Positions 11,160 through 21,114 of a stretch of DNA of 33,108 nucleotides are shown here, in pieces. How positions within the stretch are numbered: position 1 is the stretch's first letter; the number at the start of each line of letters is the position of its first letter. The stretch is from Corallochytrium limacisporum Hawaii. Taxonomy: Eukaryota > Protista > Pluriformea. Location of the stretch: the NCBI GenBank assembly GCA_002811645.1, contig PDIP01000177.1, positions 1-33,108 of the forward strand, read 5' to 3'. Made by a program: the position numbers and the translations under genes. The notes beneath the pieces are model-generated. The model saw only the letters and a list, made by a program, of their open reading frames with translations, was not told where the DNA came from and did no database searches.

Positions 11160-11533
11160 AAAGCCGAGAGAGAGCGAGCGAGAGGGAGGGAGAGAGAGAG
11201 AGAGAGAAAAATCCTGCAAAAAAAATTGTTGGTGGCCCCAGTTTGGTGCAATATTCTGCGGCGGTGGCTGGCTGGAATGTCCTGGTGCAGGAAAATGGGG
11301 GAGGGGAGGGGGTAAGTTGTTGTGTTGGGGAAGGCGAAGGAAGGAAGGAAGGAAGGAACCAAGGAGGAGGAGGACGGGGGAGGGGGGGGAAGCGAAAGGA
11401 ACCAAAGAAAAAAAAACAGTGGCCAGAAACCCGCTAAGTTTTTTTATTGCTTTTTATCGCTCGGTGCCCCGTGCGCGGCCCTAAACGAGACCGAACCCAA
11501 GAAGAGAATCTAAAAAGAAATGATAGAAAGAAA

Positions 11534-11576
<43 letters not shown>

Positions 11577-12188
11577 CGGCCCTCGGCGGGCAAGGGAAAG
11601 TACGGACGGGAGAAGGGCCAAAGGCCAGAGATCGCGACGGAACCCAACCGTCTCACAAACGAGACCGAGAGGGTAAGTAAAGAGAGAGAGATATATATAT
11701 ATATATAGACATACACACACACACACACACACCGGGGGCCCGTCAGAAGAAGAAAAACAATGGGCGGGCCACGGAAAAAATAGCCACCCCAGCCTTCCCT
11801 TTCCCCGTTCCTTCCACGGCTCGTAACAATCCACGAGAAACTTTCGGTGCCCGATTGTTAAAAACACAAGGAAAAAGCGGGAAGAAAATGGCAGGTAAGG
11901 CAATCTGCGAACCTCTACCCAAAAAAAAAGAGAAAAGGAAAAAAAAAGCGAAAACAGCCCGGGGGACCGAAACGAATGAAAAGACACCGACCAAGGCAAA
12001 AGAGAAACACAGGCACCGGAGTGTAAGGAATAGTCCCCGTGCTCTTTCTTGCATTCTTTGGTTACCATTCCGAGAGAGAGAGAAAGAAAGAGAGAGAGAG
12101 AGAGAGCGAGAGACGAGAGAGAGAGAGAATACGCACACACCGATCGGACATAGACACAGAGAAGAACAGATGAGAACGGCGAGGCCGA

Positions 12189-12233
<45 letters not shown>

Positions 12234-12240
12234 GTGTGTG
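11160..12240. repeat. Purine-rich microsatellite field upstream of the Pil1-like gene: (GA)n, (AAGG)n, (AT)n, (CA)n
   Basis: (GA)n at ~11166-11206, 11536-11572, 12072-12128 and 12200-12230; (AAGG)n ~11337-11358; (AT)n ~11691-11707; (CA)n ~11713-11732. Confidence 0.9.
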
Positions 12241-12438
12241 TTAAGAGAGATCACCGACAAGAGAGAGAATTGGGAAAGTGTCGACTGTCAGCGTCCTTCG
12301 GTCTTTTGGTCCCGAAGAATGTACAGTGTACGAGCTGGTGGCTTTCCGGACTGGCACTGGGTGAAAGTTTGAAAGACGGGGCATGCACGGGCTGAAGATG
12401 AGGTACTTGATCTTAGGCATCAGCCGCACGGCTGCCAA

Positions 12439-12505
12439 GTACGTGATGCCATTTCCTACACACAAGAAAAGGGATTGTACCATAGCTCACCTTTCTTTAA
12501 TTCAG
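12439..12505 (+). other. Probable 5'-UTR intron of the Pil1-like gene (acceptor well supported, donor uncertain)
   Basis: GCTCAC branch-like element, CTTTCTTTAATT tract and CAG acceptor ending 12505, 26 nt before the ATG. The nearest good donor is GTACGT at 12439; GTAAGT donors also occur at 11312 and 11673. Confidence 0.45.
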
Positions 12506-12531
12506 TCACAAATACCCAAGTCTCTGGAACC

Positions 12532-13755
12532 ATGGCCGGACTCATCTCTGACGCCAAGAAGCTCACTAACAAGGCTAAGGCGAACACTGCCTTGAACGAC
12601 CTGCTCATCGATGAGAAGAATGTCGTCGAGGGTATCTTCACGGTGGCCACTCGCATGGACCATACTGCCACCAGTGCTCGCCACTTTGCCCTCCACGAGT
12701 TTGAGGAGGATCAGCAGGAGGATGTCCAGGACCTGTTGACCACCTTTTATGCCGTCGACGGTGTCATGGCAGCCGCCCTCACCGACTTTGCCAACGCCCG
12801 CGAGGCCAACCGCCAGGGGCTGAAGCATCTGCGGTCCAAGATTGCCCACCTTCAGGAGGTCACCAAGCGCCGTAACAAACTGGAGGAGAAGCTCCGCAAG
12901 CTGGAAGCCAATCAGAAGACCAGCGAAGCCGAGGAGGTCAAGCTCAACCTGGATGCCGCCGAGAAGGAGTACGAGACCTGCACCTCTTCCATTGACGAGG
13001 AGCGTCGTTCCATCATCAAGGAGCACTACGAAGACCTGGCGGAGGCATACCAGACTCTGGGTCAGCAGATTGCTGCTGTGTCTCACTACTTCCAAAAGAC
13101 CCTGGACATGATTCCTCCCAAGGCCAAGGAGGACATGACCACTGACTACTACAAGGGCCGCCCGGCCACCGCTCTCCTGGTCAAGAACGCCGCGGAAGCT
13201 CGCATGGGCGCCGAAACCCAGAAGCTGGACGGTACTTTTGATATCCCCGCTGACGTGAAGGAGGCCATGGACAAGGAGCCTACCCCGGAGGAGCGCCGCG
13301 AGGCACAGGAGAAGGCCCGCCAGGAGGCTGAGGCTGCCGCCCAGGCTGCTAAGGAGGCCCGTGCCCAGCAGCCCATGGCACAGCGCATCTCTGGCTCAAT
13401 CGAAAAGATTTTCGGTGGTGGTAAGGCCAAGAAGGCCGCCGGTGAGGAGGGTACGTCCCCAGAGGGTGAGGGTACCGCGACTACCCCCGGCGAGGAGAAG
13501 GCCTCTCCTGATACCGACAAGAAGAAGTCCGGCGGTGGCTTCCACATGCCCAAGTTCATGCAGAACCTGACCGGCAAGAAGGCTGCCCCTGCTGAGGGTG
13601 CGGCTGAGGGTGCTGCGACCACCACTGCCGCCAAGACTGAGGCTCCCGCCGAGCAGACCGAGGCAGCTGCCAAGGAGGTCAAGGAGGCCGCTGAGGAGGC
13701 CAAGGAGACTGTCAAGGCTGAGGCTGAAGGTAAGAACATTCCGGCCAGCGCCTAA
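12532..13755 (+). CDS. Pil1/Lsp1-like eisosome core BAR-domain protein with an Ala/Glu/Lys-rich C-terminal tail, 407 aa
   Basis: ATG at 12532 in ACCATGG context. Colinear similarity to yeast Pil1/Lsp1 as recalled: LNDLLIDEKNVV ~ LSQLVKIEKNVL; EDVQDL ~ DDVSDI; NRQGLKHLR ~ YRLTLKSIR; RRNKLEEKLRKL ~ RKDKITDKIAYL; NLDAAEKE ~ ELVRAEAE; QQIAAVSHYFQKTLDMI ~ EKIALIAGYGKALLELL; YKGRPATALLVKNA ~ YDGYEASKQIIIDA. Very strong codon bias suggests high expression. Confidence 0.8.
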   Translation: MAGLISDAKKLTNKAKANTALNDLLIDEKNVVEGIFTVATRMDHTATSARHFALHEFEEDQQEDVQDLLTTFYAVDGVMAAALTDFANAREANRQGLKHLRSKIAHLQEVTKRRNKLEEKLRKLEANQKTSEAEEVKLNLDAAEKEYETCTSSIDEERRSIIKEHYEDLAEAYQTLGQQIAAVSHYFQKTLDMIPPKAKEDMTTDYYKGRPATALLVKNAAEARMGAETQKLDGTFDIPADVKEAMDKEPTPEERREAQEKARQEAEAAAQAAKEARAQQPMAQRISGSIEKIFGGGKAKKAAGEEGTSPEGEGTATTPGEEKASPDTDKKKSGGGFHMPKFMQNLTGKKAAPAEGAAEGAATTTAAKTEAPAEQTEAAAKEVKEAAEEAKETVKAEAEGKNIPASA

Positions 13756-14993
13756 GGAACAAATTGACAAAAACAGCGAAACCTTTTGGGGGACCATGAC
13801 ACATGTACTCAAAACACCAGCAGCAACACCGGATCTTGTGTTTAAGAGCAACAGCACGCAAGGTTGCCCAGGGACGCATGTCTGAGAAGGCAAGAAAGGA
13901 GGAGGGTTCTCCATGCAATCCCAACCTACTCGTGAGCAAGGGTAACCTCACTGCTTGACGAGAACGGCATGTTGAGCTGGATATGGAGTAGAGACAAAAA
14001 GAACATGGCCAATCGCGGCCTGTGGCCGAGGAATCTCGAGCTCATTTCTTTCCGTCTCTTTTCCCATGTCTGCTGCTCCTGACGCTCTCTCTCACACATT
14101 CATTCCGTGGACAAACCGTTGCATGCCCTTTTGGCGTGCCTTTTGTGTGGCCATGCGTACCGGTACGCGCACCTCGTTTAACCTTTCTTTCTTTCCCTTC
14201 TGGTGGTACCTTTTTGTAGTCGTCGGTGTGACCGTGCTCAGGTCACCCCACGCAACAGGGTACTCGACTCTAACTGTGCCAAAGACCAAAAAAAAAAACA
14301 AACATGGAGCAAGGAAACATGCAAAATGCGCAGGGTGGGATCTGATTTGTGGAAGGGGTGGGTTTTTGGCATGACATGAACACGCCACAAGACGCCGGGT
14401 CTCCTTTTCTTGGGGAGGTTCGGGTCAATCATCTGTTTGCTCTTTCTCCGTTTCTTCTTCCCCCGCACTGTTGTGGAGTTTAGGGGCCCGCCTGCAAGTC
14501 CTTGACGGACATTCAGACGCAAACCCTTCTTGTCCTCAACTACCCAACGAGTCATGGAAAACTTGAACAAAGAATCGAATCCAAAAGAAAAAGTTTTCTT
14601 AAATACCATTGTAACAGTAACCCAACATACCCCAAACGCTCGATCCAACCCTAGATTTGCTGTTTGTTTTTAATCGTGTCTCTTAAGGCTACTTATCACT
14701 TAACTGGTGGTGCGCTGCTGCTGGATCCCATTTCTGCTGTGTGTCAAGTTACCCCAATGCGCACAATTGGCAAGAACATGATTCCCAAAGGACAAAGGAG
14801 CTGACAATACTAACCTTCGTGACCCTTTCCCATTCTCTTTGACCAAGGTACAGGCAACTGAGTGAACGGTACCCTTCCATTGTCATCAACCTCCAATGTA
14901 GTAGACATCACAAAACTGCGCGAGCATTAGAAATACACTTTGGTCATTTACAAAAAGAAGCTTTGGCTGTACTTTATTGGTGTGACTTACAGG

Positions 14994-17900
14994 TCAACGC
15001 AACTGTTCCGTGTCCAAAACTAGGTCCACGACCTCCGTTTCGCGGTTGATCACGTCGGTTCCCGCCATGCGTTTGACAGGGGGCGCTCCGGGCGGTGACG
15101 GGCGCGGACTGAGCGTTCCTGCGTTGGCCGGTGGCTCGGTCGACGACGGTTGCGAACCGGGACTGTTCAATGTCAGAGATTGATGCATACCCGTCGGGGA
15201 CTGACGAGTGGTCGCTGCTGTCCCTGCCGCTGCCGCTGCGGCCAAGGCAACGGACTGTCCACCGCCACCGATCGCCAGTGTCATACCCGAGTGCCGTCGC
15301 TTGCCGGCCGAGCTCGTGGTCCCGCTGCCAGTTGCCGCCTGCGCCAAGGCCACTGCCGCGACGGGAGGCAATGAATGTGCGAGCATGAGAATACCCCAGA
15401 GCACGCTCCATACGTAGCCAAAGATCACGAAAGCGAGCACAAACTGACACTGCGCAGTCCACAGCGCCACGGCGAGCTGCAGGCAGCGCTGGGGGAAGGT
15501 CTTGTGGCTCCGTTTGGCCATAGGGTGCCGCTGGGGTTGTTGATATCGTTGTTGTGTCTGTGACTGTTGTGACTGCGGCGCACGGTATCGTACCTTCGGC
15601 AGTGCAGGGTCGGTGATGAACGCCGCAGAGGCGCCGACCACCGAGCCTGGCTTGTCGCTGTTGAAATCGCTGCTGCTGCCGTCACCACCCACTGGGCCCA
15701 CTGTACCCATACGAGGGCCACTGTCGGCACCCGCTCCTGCGCATCCGACGCTGCGGAACGTCCGACCACCAGACGACGGTGGGTCCTCAGCAGTGGACCC
15801 AGTCCACGGAACTTGCGGCTGAGACGGCGGCGGCGGCGGCGCTGCCACTGGCGTCGCTCCAGCGTTCACGTCAACCCCTATGAAAAGCAGCGCCGATCGC
15901 AACGCGAGTCCAAGTTGCGCAGCGACCGCGGCAATGGCACCAGTGCCTGCGGGCACCGCTGAACGCGGGAATTTCGCGCTTGGACCGCCACTGCCGCTAC
16001 CATAGTCACTGCCACCGCTGTAGTACCCAGTGCCCGGTGTCATGCCGTTTGACGGTGACGAAGACGGGCGCCGTGAATCATAGATTTCGCCTTCGTGACC
16101 TGCACAGAGCAGGACCGCTGCCAGTGCCGTGCCGCTGCCGCTGAGCAAACAGTTCAGAAACATCGCCGTGATGGCTGTCTCCCGCGTAAGGGGCGAGGGC
16201 AGTGACATGGCTATGATGCGCGACAGTCCCTTTACAAAGTCACCACCGGGGAGTCCTTTCATGGGCAAGGAGCGCGGTAGGACTCCGCGGATGTATGTAG
16301 GCTGTCCGAACGTTGGCGTCGATGTCCCAGAGGCGCGCACCGATCCGTCTCTGTGGCGGCGTGATGGTGTCGCGCTGCTGTGCCGGCTGCTGCGATGCCG
16401 GGGGCCGCCATAACCTCCGCTATAAGCACCATAGGCCCATTTCGAGGCCACGGCAGATGGCCCAACCATGGCTCCGGCCCCGGAAAGGACCGAATGATCT
16501 TGTACCCAAGCTCTGCCAAAGCCCAGGAACCGCGACAGGGAGATGCCCGCACCTCCCTGGCCGCCACTGTTGTCCCGGGGTATACGACTGGTACTACCAC
16601 TACGCCGGCCGCGTTGGTGATAATGACTACCACGTGGTCCGGTACCATCGTAGAAACTCAGACCCTGTGCCATGCGCGTTGTTATCACGTCCGGCAGAAG
16701 TGCATTAGCCGATGCAGTTACAAAGCCTGCGAGCCCGCTACCAATGCCTCCAGCAGGCCCACCGCTACCGTCGCTACCGGCATTATCACCGTACAACGGA
16801 CCACTGCCGACCGCGGCAAGGAAGGGCGGACCATTTCGCCGACGGTGTCCATGCCTGCGGCGCCTGCGGCGCCGTCTGCGGTGGGCCGGTCTTTGGAAGC
16901 GACCCGAAGGTTCCAAACTGCGGCTCCGGCGGCGCGAGAATCCCTGCACACGACTCCCGCCCGCTAACCCACCACTGACAGTATCGTCCGCACCGCTGCG
17001 CTTGCGAATGTCTGCAGCATGGACAGTGATGTCGCCTTCGACATCGGGTTCGTCGCCTTTTTGGTCGTCGTCGGCATCCGAAGTGCTCCCACCACCACCA
17101 CCACCAGGCGGTGGGATATGGAAGTCATCTACAGACTTTTGTAAAGCTGGTGCCCCTGTCGCTCCGTAGACCGTGCGCTCCGATGAGCATGGAGCAGCAG
17201 ATACAGGCGCCGAACCACACGGACCGTTGGCCTTCGACACTGCAGCGCGGTCACAGTCATCGGCCAGCGATCCCGAGCCGTGAATCTCCTCTTCTGCGTG
17301 CCCACTTCCCGAACCCACACGCTTGAGAATGCTCCGGCGATTGTTGCTTTGGTTGTCGTTGTCCTCGTCGTACGAGTCGTACTCATCCTCGTAGGTATAA
17401 TCATCGTCATCGTAGCCATCCTCATCGTCGTATGTTTCTTCCTCGTCGTAGGAATACTCTGACCCGTCCGAGTCACTCCCGTTGTGGTTTTGGTAATCCT
17501 CGTCCGAATAGAACCCATAGCCAAAGTCCTGTTGCGGATTATACATGCCGCTCAGTCCTGAATGATTGTCTGGCCCACTATCATTGACGTAGTAATAGTG
17601 TGGATAGAAATGAATGTGCGTGTGAGGCTGCAAGTCCATCAATCGATTAGCACTGGAGCTGCGTGAGATACCGGAACGCGGAGTGTACGCACCGGATGGG
17701 GTGCGCATACCCTTCGGTGTGCGCAACCCAGATGCCAATTGATCGTAGATAGCGGATCCGTAGATCGGCTGAGGACGCACGTATGAAGAAGAATGGTAGT
17801 ACCCCAACGCATCGTCAGCGTCAAAGTCTTGTGACGTAGCGATGGGGTCCGGGCGGTATGGGTCAAACCCCTCTGTAGCTGCCGCGTGTGTTTCTCTCCA

Positions 17901-18227
17901 GTCGTTGCTGTGATTCCCGCCGTCGTCTCCATCTCCACTGCTGAATATCCGATCTGGATCAGGCGCTGTAGGAGGCGGTGCGTCGGTAGACTCTGCGGGC
18001 ACTTGACTAGTTGCACTGCTGCTCGGACCTGCCAGAGCAGCGCTGCTGTCATTGGTTTCTGTGATGTTACTGCGCTGGGCTAATGATCTCCGTCGCTGTT
18101 GCTGTTGTAACCCTTCCAACGAAGACTGCAGCTCGTCGGCGCTGAGTCCGCCCGTTGGAGACCGGGCCATGGTGGCCGACGAATGCGTTGGGTTGTCCTC
18201 ATCGACCATCTTATCTGGCGGATGCAT
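14994..18227 (-). CDS. Large low-complexity protein with a C-terminal Stum/SPEC3-family membrane domain split by an insertion, ~1077 aa
   Basis: Uninterrupted ORF, first in-frame ATG at 18227. LPSPLTRETAITAMFLNCLLSGSGTALAAVLLCAG (16202-16098) matches the first Stum/SPEC3 half (P..A..C..LN...PG.GT......LC). LAVALWTAQCQFVLAFVIFGYVWSVLWGILML (within 15488-15381) matches the second half (A..Q.......VGW..SI.WG...). AATAAA lies ~16 nt after the stop. Confidence 0.78.
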   Translation of the reverse strand: MHPPDKMVDEDNPTHSSATMARSPTGGLSADELQSSLEGLQQQQRRRSLAQRSNITETNDSSAALAGPSSSATSQVPAESTDAPPPTAPDPDRIFSSGDGDDGGNHSNDWRETHAAATEGFDPYRPDPIATSQDFDADDALGYYHSSSYVRPQPIYGSAIYDQLASGLRTPKGMRTPSGAYTPRSGISRSSSANRLMDLQPHTHIHFYPHYYYVNDSGPDNHSGLSGMYNPQQDFGYGFYSDEDYQNHNGSDSDGSEYSYDEEETYDDEDGYDDDDYTYEDEYDSYDEDNDNQSNNRRSILKRVGSGSGHAEEEIHGSGSLADDCDRAAVSKANGPCGSAPVSAAPCSSERTVYGATGAPALQKSVDDFHIPPPGGGGGGSTSDADDDQKGDEPDVEGDITVHAADIRKRSGADDTVSGGLAGGSRVQGFSRRRSRSLEPSGRFQRPAHRRRRRRRRRHGHRRRNGPPFLAAVGSGPLYGDNAGSDGSGGPAGGIGSGLAGFVTASANALLPDVITTRMAQGLSFYDGTGPRGSHYHQRGRRSGSTSRIPRDNSGGQGGAGISLSRFLGFGRAWVQDHSVLSGAGAMVGPSAVASKWAYGAYSGGYGGPRHRSSRHSSATPSRRHRDGSVRASGTSTPTFGQPTYIRGVLPRSLPMKGLPGGDFVKGLSRIIAMSLPSPLTRETAITAMFLNCLLSGSGTALAAVLLCAGHEGEIYDSRRPSSSPSNGMTPGTGYYSGGSDYGSGSGGPSAKFPRSAVPAGTGAIAAVAAQLGLALRSALLFIGVDVNAGATPVAAPPPPPSQPQVPWTGSTAEDPPSSGGRTFRSVGCAGAGADSGPRMGTVGPVGGDGSSSDFNSDKPGSVVGASAAFITDPALPKVRYRAPQSQQSQTQQRYQQPQRHPMAKRSHKTFPQRCLQLAVALWTAQCQFVLAFVIFGYVWSVLWGILMLAHSLPPVAAVALAQAATGSGTTSSAGKRRHSGMTLAIGGGGQSVALAAAAAAGTAATTRQSPTGMHQSLTLNSPGSQPSSTEPPANAGTLSPRPSPPGAPPVKRMAGTDVINRETEVVDLVLDTEQLR

Positions 18228-18793
18228 CGTTCCCGAGCTCTGCAAATATGGTGTTCATTCAAATGCTCACATGAGCAAATATGTTACCCCATGTTCCAGG
18301 CTCTTCCCGACAAGGCTTTGCCAGTTGACCATGAACTGTGCTCTACTACTTGAGCGACGGAGTGATTCACTTGGTTCCTTGAGTCCATCCAATGATAGCA
18401 GTACTTGGTTCTTTGCACTAAAGTTCACGGACAGCTTTTGGACAGGAATTCAAGTCACAGGAAACCTCCTTCAGGAACGGGAGGTCTTGAAATAACAGGG
18501 AGATTCCTGGAACCTTTGGACAAGAGATTCGCACCTCAAACACCAGCAGCACTGGTGCTTAGTGTGATATCACTGCTGTAATCAAGACAAATTCCACAAA
18601 ACTATAAACTCGAGTTTACCGAATACACCATATGCGAACAAATACGGACCAGAAAACTAAACAGCCGGCCAAAAATTATCGACACGGATCCCTTGTTATG
18701 CGTCGGAAATTTTACCCTTTTTCTCGTTTTGCTCTCCGTTCCCGAGGGCCGCCTCTCCAACCTTGGGCCCACTGACACACCCCAACCGCCCTT

Positions 18794-19434
18794 NNNNNNN
18801 NNNNNNNNNNNNNNNNNNNNNNNNNNNNNNNNNNNNNNNNNNNNNNNNNNNNNNNNNNNNNNNNNNNNNNNNNNNNNNNNNNNNNNNNNNNNNNNNNNNN
18901 NNNNNNNNNNNNNNNNNNNNNNNNNNNNNNNNNNNNNNNNNNNNNNNNNNNNNNNNNNNNNNNNNNNNNNNNNNNNNNNNNNNNNNNNNNNNNNNNNNNN
19001 NNNNNNNNNNNNNNNNNNNNNNNNNNNNNNNNNNNNNNNNNNNNNNNNNNNNNNNNNNNNNNNNNNNNNNNNNNNNNNNNNNNNNNNNNNNNNNNNNNNN
19101 NNNNNNNNNNNNNNNNNNNNNNNNNNNNNNNNNNNNNNNNNNNNNNNNNNNNNNNNNNNNNNNNNNNNNNNNNNNNNNNNNNNNNNNNNNNNNNNNNNNN
19201 NNNNNNNNNNNNNNNNNNNNNNNNNNNNNNNNNNNNNNNNNNNNNNNNNNNNNNNNNNNNNNNNNNNNNNNNNNNNNNNNNNNNNNNNNNNNNNNNNNNN
19301 NNNNNNNNNNNNNNNNNNNNNNNNNNNNNNNNNNNNNNNNNNNNNNNNNNNNNNNNNNNNNNNNNNNNNNNNNNNNNNNNNNNNNNNNNNNNNNNNNNNN
19401 NNNNNNNNNNNNNNNNNNNNNNNNNNNNNNNNNN
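18794..19434. other. Assembly gap (N run)
   Basis: Ns in the divergent Stum-like/AVL9 intergenic region. Confidence 1.
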
Positions 19435-21114
19435 CTCTCCCTTCCTCTTCGCTCCCCCCTTCCCGTCCCCAACAACCTCCCCCCTTCCCCCGGCCTTTGC
19501 TAGCCAAGCGTAGGGACAGCAAAGGACGTGTAAACAGAGAGATAGTGTGATGAACCAGGAATATGGTAGGGTGTGTGTTTTCATTGGGCCTTGACCCGGT
19601 TTGTTTCTTGGGACACAGGCCGATCTGACACAAGCGAGAGATCGGGAGAAACCGGAGCGCCAAACGGTCTGCACACGATTACACATACACACCGCAATCG
19701 TACCTTACGCAGGGTAAACAGACCACATCCCATCGCCCGGCGAGGCGGGAGCGAAAGCCGCCTGAACCCGGGCTGACTGCGCAGCCCGCCTCAATGCAGA
19801 GCACTTACGCTAACGTTGGTGATTTCGACTCCAAAACTTCGGCGGAAATGCATTGCAAGAGAGTCTTAGAAACACAAATCACCTTGAAAACACCCATACC
19901 CATCACACACACACCTACGTTTTGCACAGCGAAGCCGGTCAGGGTAGAGAGAAACAACCGGGCCAAAGCGTCAGGAACCAGATTCAACCAATCCCCACCC
20001 CGGCGACACCCCGACCCAGCGAGCCAGAGACACAACGGCAGAGAGATCTCCCGCTGGCTAGGAATTAAAAAAAGCCACCGCTTACTCCAGAGTCCCCGAC
20101 CCCACACCCCCATCTCCCCCCCCCCCGGGGGGGGGACCAAACGGGAAAAAGCCGTGTACCCGGCCGTTTCCTCTACCTTCTCTCCCGTCCGTCGTCCTTT
20201 GGTTTTCAGTGGTGGACGTACCGTCGATGGCAGGGCACTGAACATGATGATGATGCACATACGGGGTGGTTCATATGAGAACGGGAGGGCAACCCCCAGG
20301 CTTAGTCATAATTTTTTTGTGGCCTAGGCTGAGGCCCCCCCCCCCCCGGGGGGTCACTGTCACGGGAACTCTTATGCTCTGGTCCCGTTTGTGTGACCTG
20401 TTGTTGATGCGGCCCATTGAAAACAATAAGGCGGCGGGGACCGAAAGGGATAACATACACCCATTCCCATCCACACGTTTGTGTTCGTCTGCATCAACCA
20501 CCACCCGTGGTCCAAGCGATGGCACACGGACTCACACACTCCGAAAACTGGCAGGCCACGGTGAAAGAGTTCGGACGCAAATCATGGGCCGGCACGAGTG
20601 GACGTCTCATCCAATACTCCTCCGCCCCTTGGCCGCTCCTGCCCCAAGGCACACCACTGAGTGGAAGAAGGGCCTCTCCTTCGGCCCAATCTACCGCCGA
20701 AGCCAGCAAATTTTGTTCGGGGTCCACGGCCCTTGCGCCGTAGAATTGGGCAAGGGGAGACGAGGGGCCGCTGTTGGGGGAGGGTCGGGTGTGGAGATAG
20801 GCAGTCAATCGGGGCCACGGGAGAGATGGCGAAGATCTGGGGCTGTGCGCTTTACTGTTTTCTTTGGTTGCATTCCCTGGCAACTAGGTACAGGGGTATG
20901 GTACTTCTGTGAGAGAAAGAGTGTTGTTTGGACAACAATGTTGTTTGAATTGAAGACATAGCGTTATATAGAATTTATTCGCTCAGGACTTCCAGACGAC
21001 GTGAATTGAGCACGCATAAACATGGGATCAATGGAAGTATGACCGAGTTTCCAAGAAAAGAACATGGTTACTTGCGCTGTATACATACTGTAATTTATAT
21101 ATTCTAAAGGAACT

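Noticed and set aside
12502-13914. Antisense ORFs of 172-197 aa over the Pil1-like gene (and 2305-2868 over the RPEL gene)
   Set aside because: Shadow ORFs expected from strong codon bias on the sense strand.
20266-20961. 231-aa plus ORF upstream of AVL9
   Set aside because: Non-ATG start, passes through a CnGn element, promoter-like composition, no domain.
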